Part shown: positions 50,523 to 60,844 of the stretch, piece after piece
Numbering within the stretch: the first letter of the stretch is position 1
Layout of the letters: each line of letters opens with the position of its first letter
Assembly (NCBI GenBank): GCA_038727515.1
Contig: JAVYVS010000001.1
Span: 1 to 64,000 of the forward strand
Direction: 5' to 3'
Length of the DNA: 64,000 nt
From: Candidatus Methanomethylicia archaeon
GTDB lineage: Archaea > Thermoproteota > Methanomethylicia > Culexarchaeales > Culexarchaeaceae
Made by a program: the position numbers and the translations under genes
The notes under the pieces: generated by a model
What the model saw: the letters and a program-made list of their open reading frames with translations, nothing else
Told to the model about the DNA's origin: nothing
The model's database searches: none

Positions 50523-51584
50523 ATGATTGAAGTTGATGGTAGTATGCTTGAAGGTGGAGGACAAATACTTAGAATGTCTGTGGCATTATCAGCTGTACTT
50601 GGAATTCCAATTAGAGTTTTTAATATTAGAGCTAAGAGAAGTGATCCTGGACTTAAAGCTCAACATATAATTGCAATTAAATCTGTTGCAGATCTTGTTA
50701 ATGCTGAAGTTGAAGGATTAAAATTAAATTCAATGGAAATAACCTTTAAACCTAGAAGTATTAATGGTGGAAATTTTAAGTTTGATATTGGAACAGCTGG
50801 TTCCACAACTCTAGTATTACAAAGTCTCCTACCAGCAGCCGCCTTCTCCAATTCAAAGGTTAATGTTGAACTTATTGGTGGAACTGATAATCCACTAGCT
50901 CCACCAGTAGATTATGTTTTAAATGTTCTTAAACCATTATTGACGAAATTTGATTATAATTTTGATATTGGAGTTCTTAGGAGAGGTTTCTATCCTAGAG
51001 GTGGAGGAATTATTCGAGCATATATAAATCCAGTTTCAAAATTTAAATCTGTAAAACTTGAAGATCAAGGATCCGTGAATATTATTAGGGGAATATCATA
51101 TAGCTCTAGACTTCCAGAACATATTACCCATAGAATGGCTAATAGTGCATCTAAAATCTTGGAGAAACATGGTTTTAATGTTAATATAGAAATTGAAGCT
51201 CTTCAAGCTAATCATCCAAAATGTGCATTTAATCCTGGTTGTGGAATAGTTTTATGGGCTGAAACTAGTACTGGATGTTTACTTGGCTCTAATAGTCTAG
51301 GGGAAATTGGAAAACCAGCTGAAAAAGTTGGTGAAGAAGCTGCAATGAAATTATTAGATGAATTAAATTATGGTGGAACTGTAGATTCACATGCTGCAGA
51401 TCAATTGATAGTATATATGGCTTTGGCTGAAGGTAAATCCATTATAAAAACCAGTAATTTAACTATGCATACATTAACATGTATCGAATTAGCTAAAAAG
51501 TTTCTACCAGATGTTTCCTTTGAAGTATATAAGGGTAAACCAACAATAATAGAATGTATTGGAGTTGGTTTTAGAAGATCATGA
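50523..51584 (+). CDS. rtcA: RNA 3'-terminal phosphate cyclase
   Basis: EGGGQILR, PGLKAQH, GGTD, GFYPRGGG and DSHAADQ. Confidence 0.96.
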   Translation: MIEVDGSMLEGGGQILRMSVALSAVLGIPIRVFNIRAKRSDPGLKAQHIIAIKSVADLVNAEVEGLKLNSMEITFKPRSINGGNFKFDIGTAGSTTLVLQSLLPAAAFSNSKVNVELIGGTDNPLAPPVDYVLNVLKPLLTKFDYNFDIGVLRRGFYPRGGGIIRAYINPVSKFKSVKLEDQGSVNIIRGISYSSRLPEHITHRMANSASKILEKHGFNVNIEIEALQANHPKCAFNPGCGIVLWAETSTGCLLGSNSLGEIGKPAEKVGEEAAMKLLDELNYGGTVDSHAADQLIVYMALAEGKSIIKTSNLTMHTLTCIELAKKFLPDVSFEVYKGKPTIIECIGVGFRRS

Positions 51585-51630
51585 ACATTTAAATTCACAA
51601 TTAATATATGTTTGTTTAATCTGATTATGA

Positions 51631-52821
51631 TTGTCGATTATGACCTTATATGATTTCGTTATAAATCCAAGTATTAATGTTAGTCCGTATTGCTATTCAA
51701 TTCTACGATTAGATCCATATCAATCTTGTAGTCATAGATGTATATATTGCTTTGGACGTTGGTATAGAACTCCTGAATCTTACGATATTAAACCCATCCC
51801 AAATATAATTGAAAGTTTTAAAAGGATTTTGAAATTCCTAAATAGGAATAATTTAAAGATCATACCATTTAGATTATCTACTTTAATAGATCCATTTCAA
51901 AATATTGAGGAAGATTATAGGGTTAGTAGGAAAATTATTAATTTATGCTTAAACTATGATATTCCACTAATAATAAACACTAAAGCTATACTACCATTGA
52001 AATCTGATTACCTCAATTTATTAGAGAAGCTTAATGAGAAGGGTATAGTTATAGTTCAAATATCTTTTTCCACATTAAATGATGATATTGCAAAAGTTTT
52101 AGAACCCAATACTCCACCAACAATTTCAAGATTAAATATGATTGAGAAACTTTCAAGTGAGAATATTCCAGTAATTGTTAGATTGCAACCATTCATACCT
52201 GGAATAAGTGATTATGAAATTGAAAAATCCATTGAGGAATTTAAGTATGCTGGTGCAAAACAGATTATAGTTGAAGTTTTAAGAGATGAAATTGAAAATT
52301 TAAAGGTGTACATGGAATTGGCATATGATAAATCTATATATGAGAATTTAGATGAATGGTCTTCATATTCACCATCAGTTGAAGTTCCATCAAAAATTGT
52401 TCGTCCAAGCATAAATTGGAAAATTAAAATTTACTCAAAAATAAGGGAATTATGTGTTAAATATGGATTACAATTTTCAACTTGTAAAGAGGGTTTCTAT
52501 GATTATCATACAGCATCTAATTGCTGTGGAATACACTTCATAGATTCATCAAAGTATATTCAAAGACCAACATTATATGAAGCATGGATATACTATAAAA
52601 CTAATAATAAACTTCCAAAATTCAAAGAACTTGTGAATTCTCTAAATGATTCATATATTTTTGGGGATGAAGTAAAGAGATACCCAAAGTTATTGAAGAA
52701 GAAAATTAAATCACATGAGAAAATTTTATGTGAACTTCTCAATGAACGTAGGAATGAATTAATTAATTTACTTCCCACAATCAATATAAATTTAATTAAA
52801 GATTTAATGGAAAAGCTTTAA
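51631..52821 (+). CDS. Radical SAM protein (SPL-like family)
   Basis: DPYQSCSHRCIYC, DPFQ, INTK, LEP and RLQPFIPG. Confidence 0.88.
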   Translation: MSIMTLYDFVINPSINVSPYCYSILRLDPYQSCSHRCIYCFGRWYRTPESYDIKPIPNIIESFKRILKFLNRNNLKIIPFRLSTLIDPFQNIEEDYRVSRKIINLCLNYDIPLIINTKAILPLKSDYLNLLEKLNEKGIVIVQISFSTLNDDIAKVLEPNTPPTISRLNMIEKLSSENIPVIVRLQPFIPGISDYEIEKSIEEFKYAGAKQIIVEVLRDEIENLKVYMELAYDKSIYENLDEWSSYSPSVEVPSKIVRPSINWKIKIYSKIRELCVKYGLQFSTCKEGFYDYHTASNCCGIHFIDSSKYIQRPTLYEAWIYYKTNNKLPKFKELVNSLNDSYIFGDEVKRYPKLLKKKIKSHEKILCELLNERRNELINLLPTININLIKDLMEKL

Positions 52822-52845
52822 AATACTTATTACTATTGTTATTTC

Positions 52846-53283
52846 ATGCCTGAATTTACATTTAAAGGTTCAGCTATATTGAAGGGTGAATTGGAAAGTG
52901 ATTTAATAGTTAGAGGTGTGAAGATAGCTACTGTAAGTCCACCACCAGAATTTGGTGGTAAAGAGAATTTCATGGTTCCAGAGGAAATATTTGCATCTGC
53001 ATTAGCTTCCTGTATGAATACAATCTACACATTAATTGCCAAGAATTCTCAATTACCATTAAAAAACCTTGAGACAACTGCAACAGTTGAAATGAATGTT
53101 GAAGGTATGGAGAAAATAATCTTTAAACATATTCACTTTGATATACTAGTTGAATTAGAGAAGGATACTGATTGGAATCGTAAAAAGGCGAATATAATTT
53201 TAGAAATGGCTAGAGAAGTATGTCCATTAAGACAATCTTGGGGAGATAAAGTTCCAATAACCTTTAATATATCATTTAAATAA
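52846..53283 (+). CDS. OsmC family protein
   Basis: PPEFGG, PEE...LASC and CP. Confidence 0.9.
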   Translation: MPEFTFKGSAILKGELESDLIVRGVKIATVSPPPEFGGKENFMVPEEIFASALASCMNTIYTLIAKNSQLPLKNLETTATVEMNVEGMEKIIFKHIHFDILVELEKDTDWNRKKANIILEMAREVCPLRQSWGDKVPITFNISFK

Positions 53284-53293
53284 TGGTGAAATT

Positions 53294-54481
53294 ATGAGTA
53301 CAATTGAGATTAGTAAGGATATTTTTTGGGTTGGTGTAATTGATTGGGATGTTAGAGATTTCCATGGTTATCAAACTAGACGTGGAACAACATACAATGC
53401 ATATTTAATAAGAGATGAGAAAAAGGTTTTAGTAGATACAGTGAAATATACTTTTTCCAATGACCTCATTAGAAATATAAATGTAATATGTAATCCTGAG
53501 GAAATTGATTATATAGTTATAAATCATATTGAAATGGATCATGCAAGTGCACTTCCAAATATAATTAAACATGCTAAAAATGCTAAAGTAATAGTTTCTC
53601 AAAGGGGGAGGGATGGATTAATAAAGCATTATGGTTCAAATTATGATATAATAACAGTTAAAACTGGAGATAAATTGAATATTGGTAAAAGAACACTTAT
53701 GTTTATTGAAGCTCCAATGCTACATTGGCCTGATAGTATGTTTACATATATTTTGGATGATGGAATACTAATGCCAAATGATGCTTTTGGTCAGCATTAC
53801 GCTTCATCTCAGAGATTTGATGATGAAGTTGATCAATCAATTTTAATGGAAGAAGCAGCTAAATATTATGCTAACATAATAATGCCATTTTCAACATTAG
53901 TTGAAAAGAAGATTCGGGAAATTAGTGATATGGGTATTAAAATTAGGATGATAGCTCCAAGTCACGGTATAATTTGGCGTTCCAATCCATCAAAGATAAT
54001 TGAGGCATATAAGAATTGGAGTACAGGTGTATCCAAAAATAAGATTGTAATAGTTTATGATAGTATGTGGGGTAGTACAAGTATGATGGCTAGAGCTATA
54101 GCCAATGGAATAATTAGTCAAGGGATTGAAGTTAAATTCTTCAAGTTGAGGGAATCTGATGAAACTGAAATTATGATGGAAATTTTAGATGCTAAAGCTA
54201 TAATTGTTGGTTCACCAACATTAAATAACTCTATGTTTCCATCAGTAGCTTCATTCCTAACTTATGCATGCGGTTTAAAACCTATGGGTAAATTATGGGC
54301 ATTCTTCGGTTCCTATGGATGGGGGAAAGGTGCTGTAAAACAAATGAAGGAAATAGTTGAAAAAGCAGGATTCCATGTTTATGATCGCTCCATTGAAATT
54401 CAATATGTTCCAACAAGTAAAGAATTAGAAGAATGCTTCAATTTTGGAAGAGAAATAGCCAGTAAAATTATGGGTAAATAA
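53294..54481 (+). CDS. fprA: Flavodiiron protein (O2/NO reductase)
   Basis: GTTYNAY, HIEMDH, LHWPDSM, DAFGQH, PSHG, YDSMWGST and FGSYGW. Confidence 0.96.
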   Translation: MSTIEISKDIFWVGVIDWDVRDFHGYQTRRGTTYNAYLIRDEKKVLVDTVKYTFSNDLIRNINVICNPEEIDYIVINHIEMDHASALPNIIKHAKNAKVIVSQRGRDGLIKHYGSNYDIITVKTGDKLNIGKRTLMFIEAPMLHWPDSMFTYILDDGILMPNDAFGQHYASSQRFDDEVDQSILMEEAAKYYANIIMPFSTLVEKKIREISDMGIKIRMIAPSHGIIWRSNPSKIIEAYKNWSTGVSKNKIVIVYDSMWGSTSMMARAIANGIISQGIEVKFFKLRESDETEIMMEILDAKAIIVGSPTLNNSMFPSVASFLTYACGLKPMGKLWAFFGSYGWGKGAVKQMKEIVEKAGFHVYDRSIEIQYVPTSKELEECFNFGREIASKIMGK

Positions 54482-54506
54482 TGAGTAATCTACAATAAAA
54501 ATTTAT

Positions 54507-55202
54507 TTATATTTTTATAGTAGTCTCCTCTCCAGGCTTTAAAACTATCACTTCCACTTTAACTTCCAATTCCTTGAGATATTTCTTAAATTCTTCAGGT
54601 GAACCTTTTATCACTGGAAATGTTTGATAATGCATAGGTATAACATACTTTGGATTTATCAATTTAGTGGCATATGCTGCTTCTAGAGGTCCCATGGTAT
54701 AATGTCCACCTATTGGTATTAATGCTAATATTGGTTTATACAATTCCCCTATAAGCTTCATATCATATGTTAAACCTGTATCTCCAGCATGATACACATA
54801 TAATTCATCTCTACCAAATACAACTCCAGTTGGAGCCCCCTTACCACTTGAATGATATGCTGGTGTTAATATAACTTTAAATCCATCACCTAAATCTATT
54901 GGTCCACCAATATTTGCTCCAATAGTTCTCCCCTGAACTTTAAGTTGATCTGCTACATATGCTGCAATTTCATAAACTGATATTAATTTAGATTTTTCAT
55001 GTTTCTTCATTATATCAATGGTATCTCCAAGATGATCTCCATGATCATGTGTTACAATTATGTAATCTGGAGCTTCCAATGGTATTTCAGTTATCTTTGA
55101 TGCTGGATTTCTTATCCATGGATCAATGTAAAACGTTTTTCCATTAATTTTTACTGAGAATGCTGCATGACCAAACCATTTAACCGTAATCATCTTTATC
55201 AT
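54507..55202 (-). CDS. UPF0173 MBL-fold metal-dependent hydrolase
   Basis: WFGHA, THDHGDH, HAGDTG, PIGGHYTMG and PMHY. Confidence 0.93.
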   Translation of the reverse strand: MIKMITVKWFGHAAFSVKINGKTFYIDPWIRNPASKITEIPLEAPDYIIVTHDHGDHLGDTIDIMKKHEKSKLISVYEIAAYVADQLKVQGRTIGANIGGPIDLGDGFKVILTPAYHSSGKGAPTGVVFGRDELYVYHAGDTGLTYDMKLIGELYKPILALIPIGGHYTMGPLEAAYATKLINPKYVIPMHYQTFPVIKGSPEEFKKYLKELEVKVEVIVLKPGEETTIKI

Positions 55203-55315
55203 AATTATCTATACCTCATTTAATTTAAACCTTTAACTTTGTGGATGTTAATCCTTACGATAATCAATAGACTCTTAAAAACTATTAGACAACATGAGAA
55301 AATAATGTTTGATCA

Positions 55316-55795
55316 TCATGAAAATAATTTCTTTGTTAATATAGCGGTTCTTCTTCCAAGTTCTCTACAATGTTCAATTTCTTTCTCGTCTGGTGTTCCA
55401 ACTGCTGTTGCACCATAATGTTTATCTGCAGCTCTACCTTGAATTATCATTCCATGTATCAACATAGCCTCTAATATCGATAATAGTGTTGTTTCAGCTC
55501 CAGTTCCAATTCCACCTGAACTTGTAAATGCAGCTCCAACTTTACCTTCAAGTTTCTCATGTATTTCAACAGATCTATCAATTAAATCTTTAAGTTTACT
55601 TGACATTTGACCGTAATATGTTGGTGAACCCATAATTATGCCATGGGCTTCCACTAGATCATTCAAACTAGTTTCTTCAACTCTTTTAACAATAACTTCA
55701 ACACCTTCAACTTCTCTAGCTCCTTCAGCAACTGCATAAGCCATTTTTTCAGTATTACCAGTTCTAGAATCATATACTATTAGGATTTTAACCAT
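55316..55795 (-). CDS. WrbA-like flavodoxin
   Basis: YDSRTGNT, GSPTYYG and GKVGAAFTSSG. Confidence 0.92.
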   Translation of the reverse strand: MVKILIVYDSRTGNTEKMAYAVAEGAREVEGVEVIVKRVEETSLNDLVEAHGIIMGSPTYYGQMSSKLKDLIDRSVEIHEKLEGKVGAAFTSSGGIGTGAETTLLSILEAMLIHGMIIQGRAADKHYGATAVGTPDEKEIEHCRELGRRTAILTKKLFS

Positions 55796-55942
55796 AAAAT
55801 CCCCATATACAATTATCTATTCTACATAAAAGTTTATTGAAGATGTATTTTCATTAAAATTTTGTTAATTTAATTATTATCTAGTTTTTACAAGTTGTTT
55901 AAGCTTATATTTATTGTTGATTTATGGTATTGTGGTATCGTT

Positions 55943-56857
55943 ATGGTTACTAGGTTTCATGGTGTTATAACACCCTTTATAACCCCCTTTAAAGAGGATT
56001 TATCCATTGATATTGATGCTATTCAATGGCTTGTTAATTATCAAATTGAAGGTGGTGTACATGGGGTATTCCCAAATAGTACCACTGGTGAATTCGTCCA
56101 TTTAAGTAGGGAGGAGAGTATCCTCATTGTTAAAACTGTTTTAGATGAAGTTAATGATAAAATTTGGGTTATACCTGGTATAAGTGCTAATTCCACTTTA
56201 CATTGCATAGAGCTTGGAAGGATATTTATGGATATGGGTGTAAATGGTATTATAGTTACTCCACCATTCTTCTTTAAACCATCATATGATAATCTTAAAA
56301 TGCATTTCTCAATGATTGCTGAGAAAATTGATTTACCTATAATAATCTATAATATTCCATCAACCACTGGAGTAAATATTCCAGTAAAAATGTATATGGA
56401 ACTTTCATTGGAGCATGATAATATTGTTGGAGCAAAGGTAACTTATGATAGTTTCACTTACCTTCGAAATTTAATATTTGATGTTAAGAGTTTAAGAAGT
56501 GATTTCTCTGTTTTAACAGGTTTAGATGATATGTTTCTTCCAACTTTAATGATGGGTGGTGATGGTGGAATAATGGCATTAGCAAATGCTACTCCCAAAC
56601 TTCATAGAGCTATATATGATTGTTGGATTAATGGAGATATTAAATCTGCATATAATTATTGGATGATACTGTTAAGGCTTGTTAAAGTTTATGATTATGC
56701 ATCTTCATTTCCAACAGCTGTAAAAACCTTGTTAAAAATTATGAATAAACCCGTGAAAACTTTTGTTCGTCCACCATTAACTCCTGAGAAAAATGAAGTT
56801 GAAAATAAAATTAAAAGTATATTAAATGAATTAAAATCATATCAATTTCTATTATAA
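55943..56857 (+). CDS. DapA/NAL family aldolase
   Basis: ITPF, NSTTGEF, IYNIP..TG, GAKVT and GGDG; start moved to MVTRFHG. Confidence 0.92.
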   Translation: MVTRFHGVITPFITPFKEDLSIDIDAIQWLVNYQIEGGVHGVFPNSTTGEFVHLSREESILIVKTVLDEVNDKIWVIPGISANSTLHCIELGRIFMDMGVNGIIVTPPFFFKPSYDNLKMHFSMIAEKIDLPIIIYNIPSTTGVNIPVKMYMELSLEHDNIVGAKVTYDSFTYLRNLIFDVKSLRSDFSVLTGLDDMFLPTLMMGGDGGIMALANATPKLHRAIYDCWINGDIKSAYNYWMILLRLVKVYDYASSFPTAVKTLLKIMNKPVKTFVRPPLTPEKNEVENKIKSILNELKSYQFLL

Positions 56858-57649
56858 CTTGATCACATAATTCTTCAATTCATATCCATTTCTAGGCGTT
56901 TCTACACTTGGAATTGCTATTATGAATGGTATTCCACCGTAAATTCTAGTTGAACTTATAGTTACAATTCTACCTTCATGCTCTATAAATGGACCTCTAA
57001 AAGCCTTTCTAGGTTCATGACTTCTAACTATATAATCTACATTTAAAATTTTACAGATCCTTCTACTTATATCTGGTCCGAAAAGTATGCCTGCACCTCT
57101 ATAATTTGGTATTTCCCCCTCTTCCTCATAGGGATCACTCCACAATACATCTTCTTCAACTTCATAACTTGGATTTTCCAAATCTTTAATTGAACCTATT
57201 TTTGATGATATTCCACCATGAACGAAAAGTATATTCCTATATATAGCTGCTAGAAAGAGTTTAGCGAAGAATTTCGTTAAAAATGAATTATAGTAATTTA
57301 TCCATCCACCCCTCTTTAAATCAGCCTCCCAAATCAATGTACAAGGTTGAAAATAGGGTTCACCATTCCTATAATCTTCATGATTACCCTTTAAAGCAAT
57401 TATCCTATCCCCATACATTTCAATAAGTTCATATATCCCCTCAATAACTTCAATACCCATATCCCCTCTATCAGCATAATCACCTAAGAAAACAATTAAA
57501 TCCCTATCTGGATTGAATAATTCCCTTATCCTCTTAAAACTTTCATAATCTCCATGAATATCTCCAACAACAATTATCCTCTCAAAATCTCCTCGATCAA
57601 TTACCTTCAATCTACCCATAAATACCAACATTAAATAATCATTAAACAT
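56852..57649 (-). CDS. PPP-family Ser/Thr protein phosphatase-like metallophosphoesterase
   Basis: GDIHG, GDYADRG, GNHE, HGG, LWSDP and RSHE. Confidence 0.92.
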   Translation of the reverse strand: MFNDYLMLVFMGRLKVIDRGDFERIIVVGDIHGDYESFKRIRELFNPDRDLIVFLGDYADRGDMGIEVIEGIYELIEMYGDRIIALKGNHEDYRNGEPYFQPCTLIWEADLKRGGWINYYNSFLTKFFAKLFLAAIYRNILFVHGGISSKIGSIKDLENPSYEVEEDVLWSDPYEEEGEIPNYRGAGILFGPDISRRICKILNVDYIVRSHEPRKAFRGPFIEHEGRIVTISSTRIYGGIPFIIAIPSVETPRNGYELKNYVIKL

Positions 57650-57662
57650 TATAAAAACAATT

Positions 57663-58367
57663 TCATATAACTTGAGGTGGAAGATGTTCTTCTCTGGCTC
57701 TCAGTGAATAATATAGCATTGTTAATACAACCATCATGTATGATTGTACAAGCATAACTAAGATCCATCCAATAATTGGTATTGCATTTGCTAATAATAT
57801 TAAAATCAGTAGTATCAATATTAAAATGAATGTTAAAGCCCATCTACCACTCACAAGCCTTCTACTTCTATCCAAAGCTTCTATTGGATTCTTACCCTCC
57901 AATACAACTACTTGCATAGTTAAAATAAACATTATTCCAAATATGATTCCAGGAATTATAAATAGTATGAAACCAATTATCAATATAGTACCAAATATTA
58001 TTGAGGCAATTATTATATCCAACAATCTAGTGACTACATGATCTAGAGATGATCTTAAGGTTGGTTTACCTCCCTCTACAAGATCGCCAACATACTTTAT
58101 AACCATTCCAGCAACAATCATACTCAAAATCATTTGAATAATCGTATCTATTATTGTATAACCATAAATTCTATGTACTGGAACACCACCAATTTCAAGA
58201 GTAATATATGACTTTGAAATTTGCATTTTATCTAAAATTACACCGATAATTCCAAGTATTACATAGGGTAAAGCAATTTTTATGGCATTTTCAATATAAA
58301 TGTTCCATGAATATTCAAGTATTTCACTAAAACTTAACTCTCTAGTTGGTTTGTAAGTTGACATCAA
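57663..58367 (-). CDS. Membrane protein (GDPD membrane-domain-like)
   Basis: Multi-TM; FIIPGI and ALDRSRRLVSG pattern. Confidence 0.75.
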   Translation of the reverse strand: MMSTYKPTRELSFSEILEYSWNIYIENAIKIALPYVILGIIGVILDKMQISKSYITLEIGGVPVHRIYGYTIIDTIIQMILSMIVAGMVIKYVGDLVEGGKPTLRSSLDHVVTRLLDIIIASIIFGTILIIGFILFIIPGIIFGIMFILTMQVVVLEGKNPIEALDRSRRLVSGRWALTFILILILLILILLANAIPIIGWILVMLVQSYMMVVLTMLYYSLRAREEHLPPQVI

Positions 58368-58397
58368 GTATTTAATATGGGTGTCTAAAATAAATAT

Positions 58398-58724
58398 TTA
58401 TTGTATTAATGGAGTTATTTCAATGATTTCATCTTTTTCTATGAATCTTTTGTACCAGGATTCATAAAGCTTTGGTGTTGTTACATGTAGTTCAATGGGT
58501 TCTTTCACTTCTTTGTATACTTTCACCATAATATCATATTTCTTGTCAATGTTTTCTGTAACTACGAGTATATCTATATCACTTAGAGCTGTGAATAATC
58601 CCTTCACCGCTGAGCCAAAAAGGTATATTTTGGCAGAAGCATCTATTGATAGTACTATTTTCCCAACATTTATAGCTATTTCCATAAGTCTTTTCTCCCA
58701 ATTTAATGATGTCAATTTATCCAC
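58398..58724 (-). CDS. Minimal nucleotidyltransferase (MNT) antitoxin
   Basis: LFGSAVKG...SDIDILV; overlaps the HEPN gene. Confidence 0.92.
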   Translation of the reverse strand: MDKLTSLNWEKRLMEIAINVGKIVLSIDASAKIYLFGSAVKGLFTALSDIDILVVTENIDKKYDIMVKVYKEVKEPIELHVTTPKLYESWYKRFIEKDEIIEITPLIQ

Positions 58725-59103
58725 TTTGAATCATCTTCTTAAATACTTCAACTACGAATTTATAAAGGCTTTTTACATCTTTCTCTTCATATGTTATTGG
58801 GAGATATCTTGATGATATATATGCTTCTTCAAGTCTAGCTATCTTATGTAGGTAATCCTCTTTCTCAAGTAATTCAAGTATTTCTGGGTGAATTTTTCCG
58901 AGTTCACGTATAAGTCTTCTTAATGAATGAGTTCTTGGATAACTTCCTGTTTCCATTAAGAGTTTATATTTGAGAATTAGTTGGCAGTATTGTTCAATGT
59001 TAAATATTGCTAAATCATATTCCATAGTATTTATTAGATATTCAGCATTTTTAAGGAAGCTTTCGGCTCTCTTCTTCAATAGATTAATTTCATCAAATGA
59101 CAA
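58717..59103 (-). CDS. HEPN domain protein (HEPN-MNT toxin-antitoxin module)
   Basis: YDLAIF..EQ...LK, PRTHSL and SRY. Confidence 0.92.
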   Translation of the reverse strand: MSFDEINLLKKRAESFLKNAEYLINTMEYDLAIFNIEQYCQLILKYKLLMETGSYPRTHSLRRLIRELGKIHPEILELLEKEDYLHKIARLEEAYISSRYLPITYEEKDVKSLYKFVVEVFKKMIQSG

Positions 59104-59246
59104 TATTTACACCTCAAATATGTTGGATTTTTCCCCCATTACCATTTTAATGTTTAATAAGACGTTTATAAGTTTTTAAGTGTGCTTCCCTTTAATAATC
59201 CATAAGAATAAATGGTTGCTTCTTTTAATTATTTGTGGTGTAGCCT

Positions 59247-59798
59247 TTGTTTGAGTGTGAAGTTAAGGTTTGTATAGATGATGTCGATTTAAATCTCCTT
59301 AGAAGTAGGTTGAATAATCTTGGTTTCAAATTTTATGGTTATTGGTTTGAAGAAGATCACTATATAGATTTTAGGTGTTGTACCTGTTGTGTGGAAGATT
59401 CAGCTTTAAGAATTAGGAAGTATGATTTCAATGGAGAGATCAAGTATAAATTGACTTTTAAGGGTCCTAGAATAATTGGGGTTAATGTTAAAGCTAGAGA
59501 AGAAATTGAAATGGATTTAAATGATGATACTCTACTAAAGATATTTGGGAAGCTTGGATTTAATGATCTTATTGTTAAAAAGGTTAGAGAAAAGTATTCC
59601 AAGGGTAATGTAAATATTTATGTTGATGATGTTAATGGTTTAGGAAGATTTATTGAAATAGAAATAGTTAATCCTCCATCCATGGAAGTATATGAGAAAA
59701 CTTTAAGTGAACTATTAAGCTTATTAGAGTTAACTGGTAAACCAATAATTACTGAAACTTATTTAGAAATGTTAATTAAATCTAAAGGGTTGTTGTAA
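59247..59798 (+). CDS. CYTH domain / class IV adenylate cyclase-like protein
   Basis: ECEVK, ALRIR, LTFKGP, REEIE, KVRE and GLGRFIEIE. Confidence 0.92.
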   Translation: MFECEVKVCIDDVDLNLLRSRLNNLGFKFYGYWFEEDHYIDFRCCTCCVEDSALRIRKYDFNGEIKYKLTFKGPRIIGVNVKAREEIEMDLNDDTLLKIFGKLGFNDLIVKKVREKYSKGNVNIYVDDVNGLGRFIEIEIVNPPSMEVYEKTLSELLSLLELTGKPIITETYLEMLIKSKGLL

Positions 59799-59799
59799 C

Positions 59800-60509
59800 C
59801 TACTCCTTTACAATTTTGTTTAAAATTTCCTTGAGGTCCTCATCACTTAAATCTCTCCAAAATTTGTATGCGTCTGCAACTGCATAGAATAATTCATCTC
59901 TCAAATTCAAACATAAAATTTCATCTACCAATTTTGAAATTTTAATGACTGATCTTGCGCATCCAGTTGGTACTGCTATGTAAATCTTTTTTGAACCTCT
60001 TTTTCTAGCGAATTTTATTGCTGCATTCATAGTATATCCTGCAGCTATTCCATCATCAACTAAAATCACCGTTTTATCATTTAAATTTGGGTATGCTCTT
60101 CCACATCGAAGAATCTTATTCCTCCTATAAATTTCATCAAGTTGCTCTTTAATGAAGCTTCTATTTCTTGTTGTGATAAACCAAGTTGAATTGCAAAATC
60201 TTCATCAACAAATACATTTCCATCTGGATCTACAGCTCCAAATCCAGCTTCCCTATTCCATGGTATTAAAAGCTTCCTACAAATTAATAAATCGAATTTT
60301 GCATTTAATGCTTCAGAAATCTTTAAACCTATTGGTGCACCACCCATGGGAATTGCAAAAACATAATCTACATCTCTAAACACCATTTTACAAGCTTCAG
60401 CAAGTTTTAAACCAGCATCAAATCTATCCCTAAAAACTTCATGTCTATTAAACAATTCCAAATCATATATTATATTTCCCTCACGAACAAGTTTCAATTT
60501 CACACCCAA
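59800..60509 (-). pseudogene. Phosphoribosyltransferase (COG1926-like) split by a 1-nt frameshift
   Basis: N-half FRDRFDAG, AIPMGG, EAGFGA; C-half ILVDDGIAAG. Adding 1 nt near 60153 joins them through IKEQLDEIYRRNKILR. Confidence 0.85.
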
Positions 60510-60844
60510 AATATACTTTGAAAATTCAAATTAGAAAATTTAGCTATAATAAATAATATTTAATGTATATATACTACAATTTTTCACAGAAGTTTATGTT
60601 GTCTATATTTTTTAGTGAAAGTGTATTAATTGATAAATTAATAAATTGAAGCTTGTGGATTCTATAGCTATAGTTTTAAATTCATCATTAAAATATACTG
60701 TTTTCTTAAGTTCTTATGGTTATGGTGGAAGTGCAATAAACATTTAATGGGATTTCTAGGGTAACTTAAAATTGATGTTTTAGGATTGGTTGAAGTTAAT
60801 GGTTTTCCCATAGATTTAGAGTTTAATTAAATTCATAGTTAAAC

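Noticed and set aside
4285-60379. Many 60-170 aa ORFs antisense to or nested in confident genes
   Set aside because: Shadow ORFs with no motifs, fully overlapping well-supported CDSs
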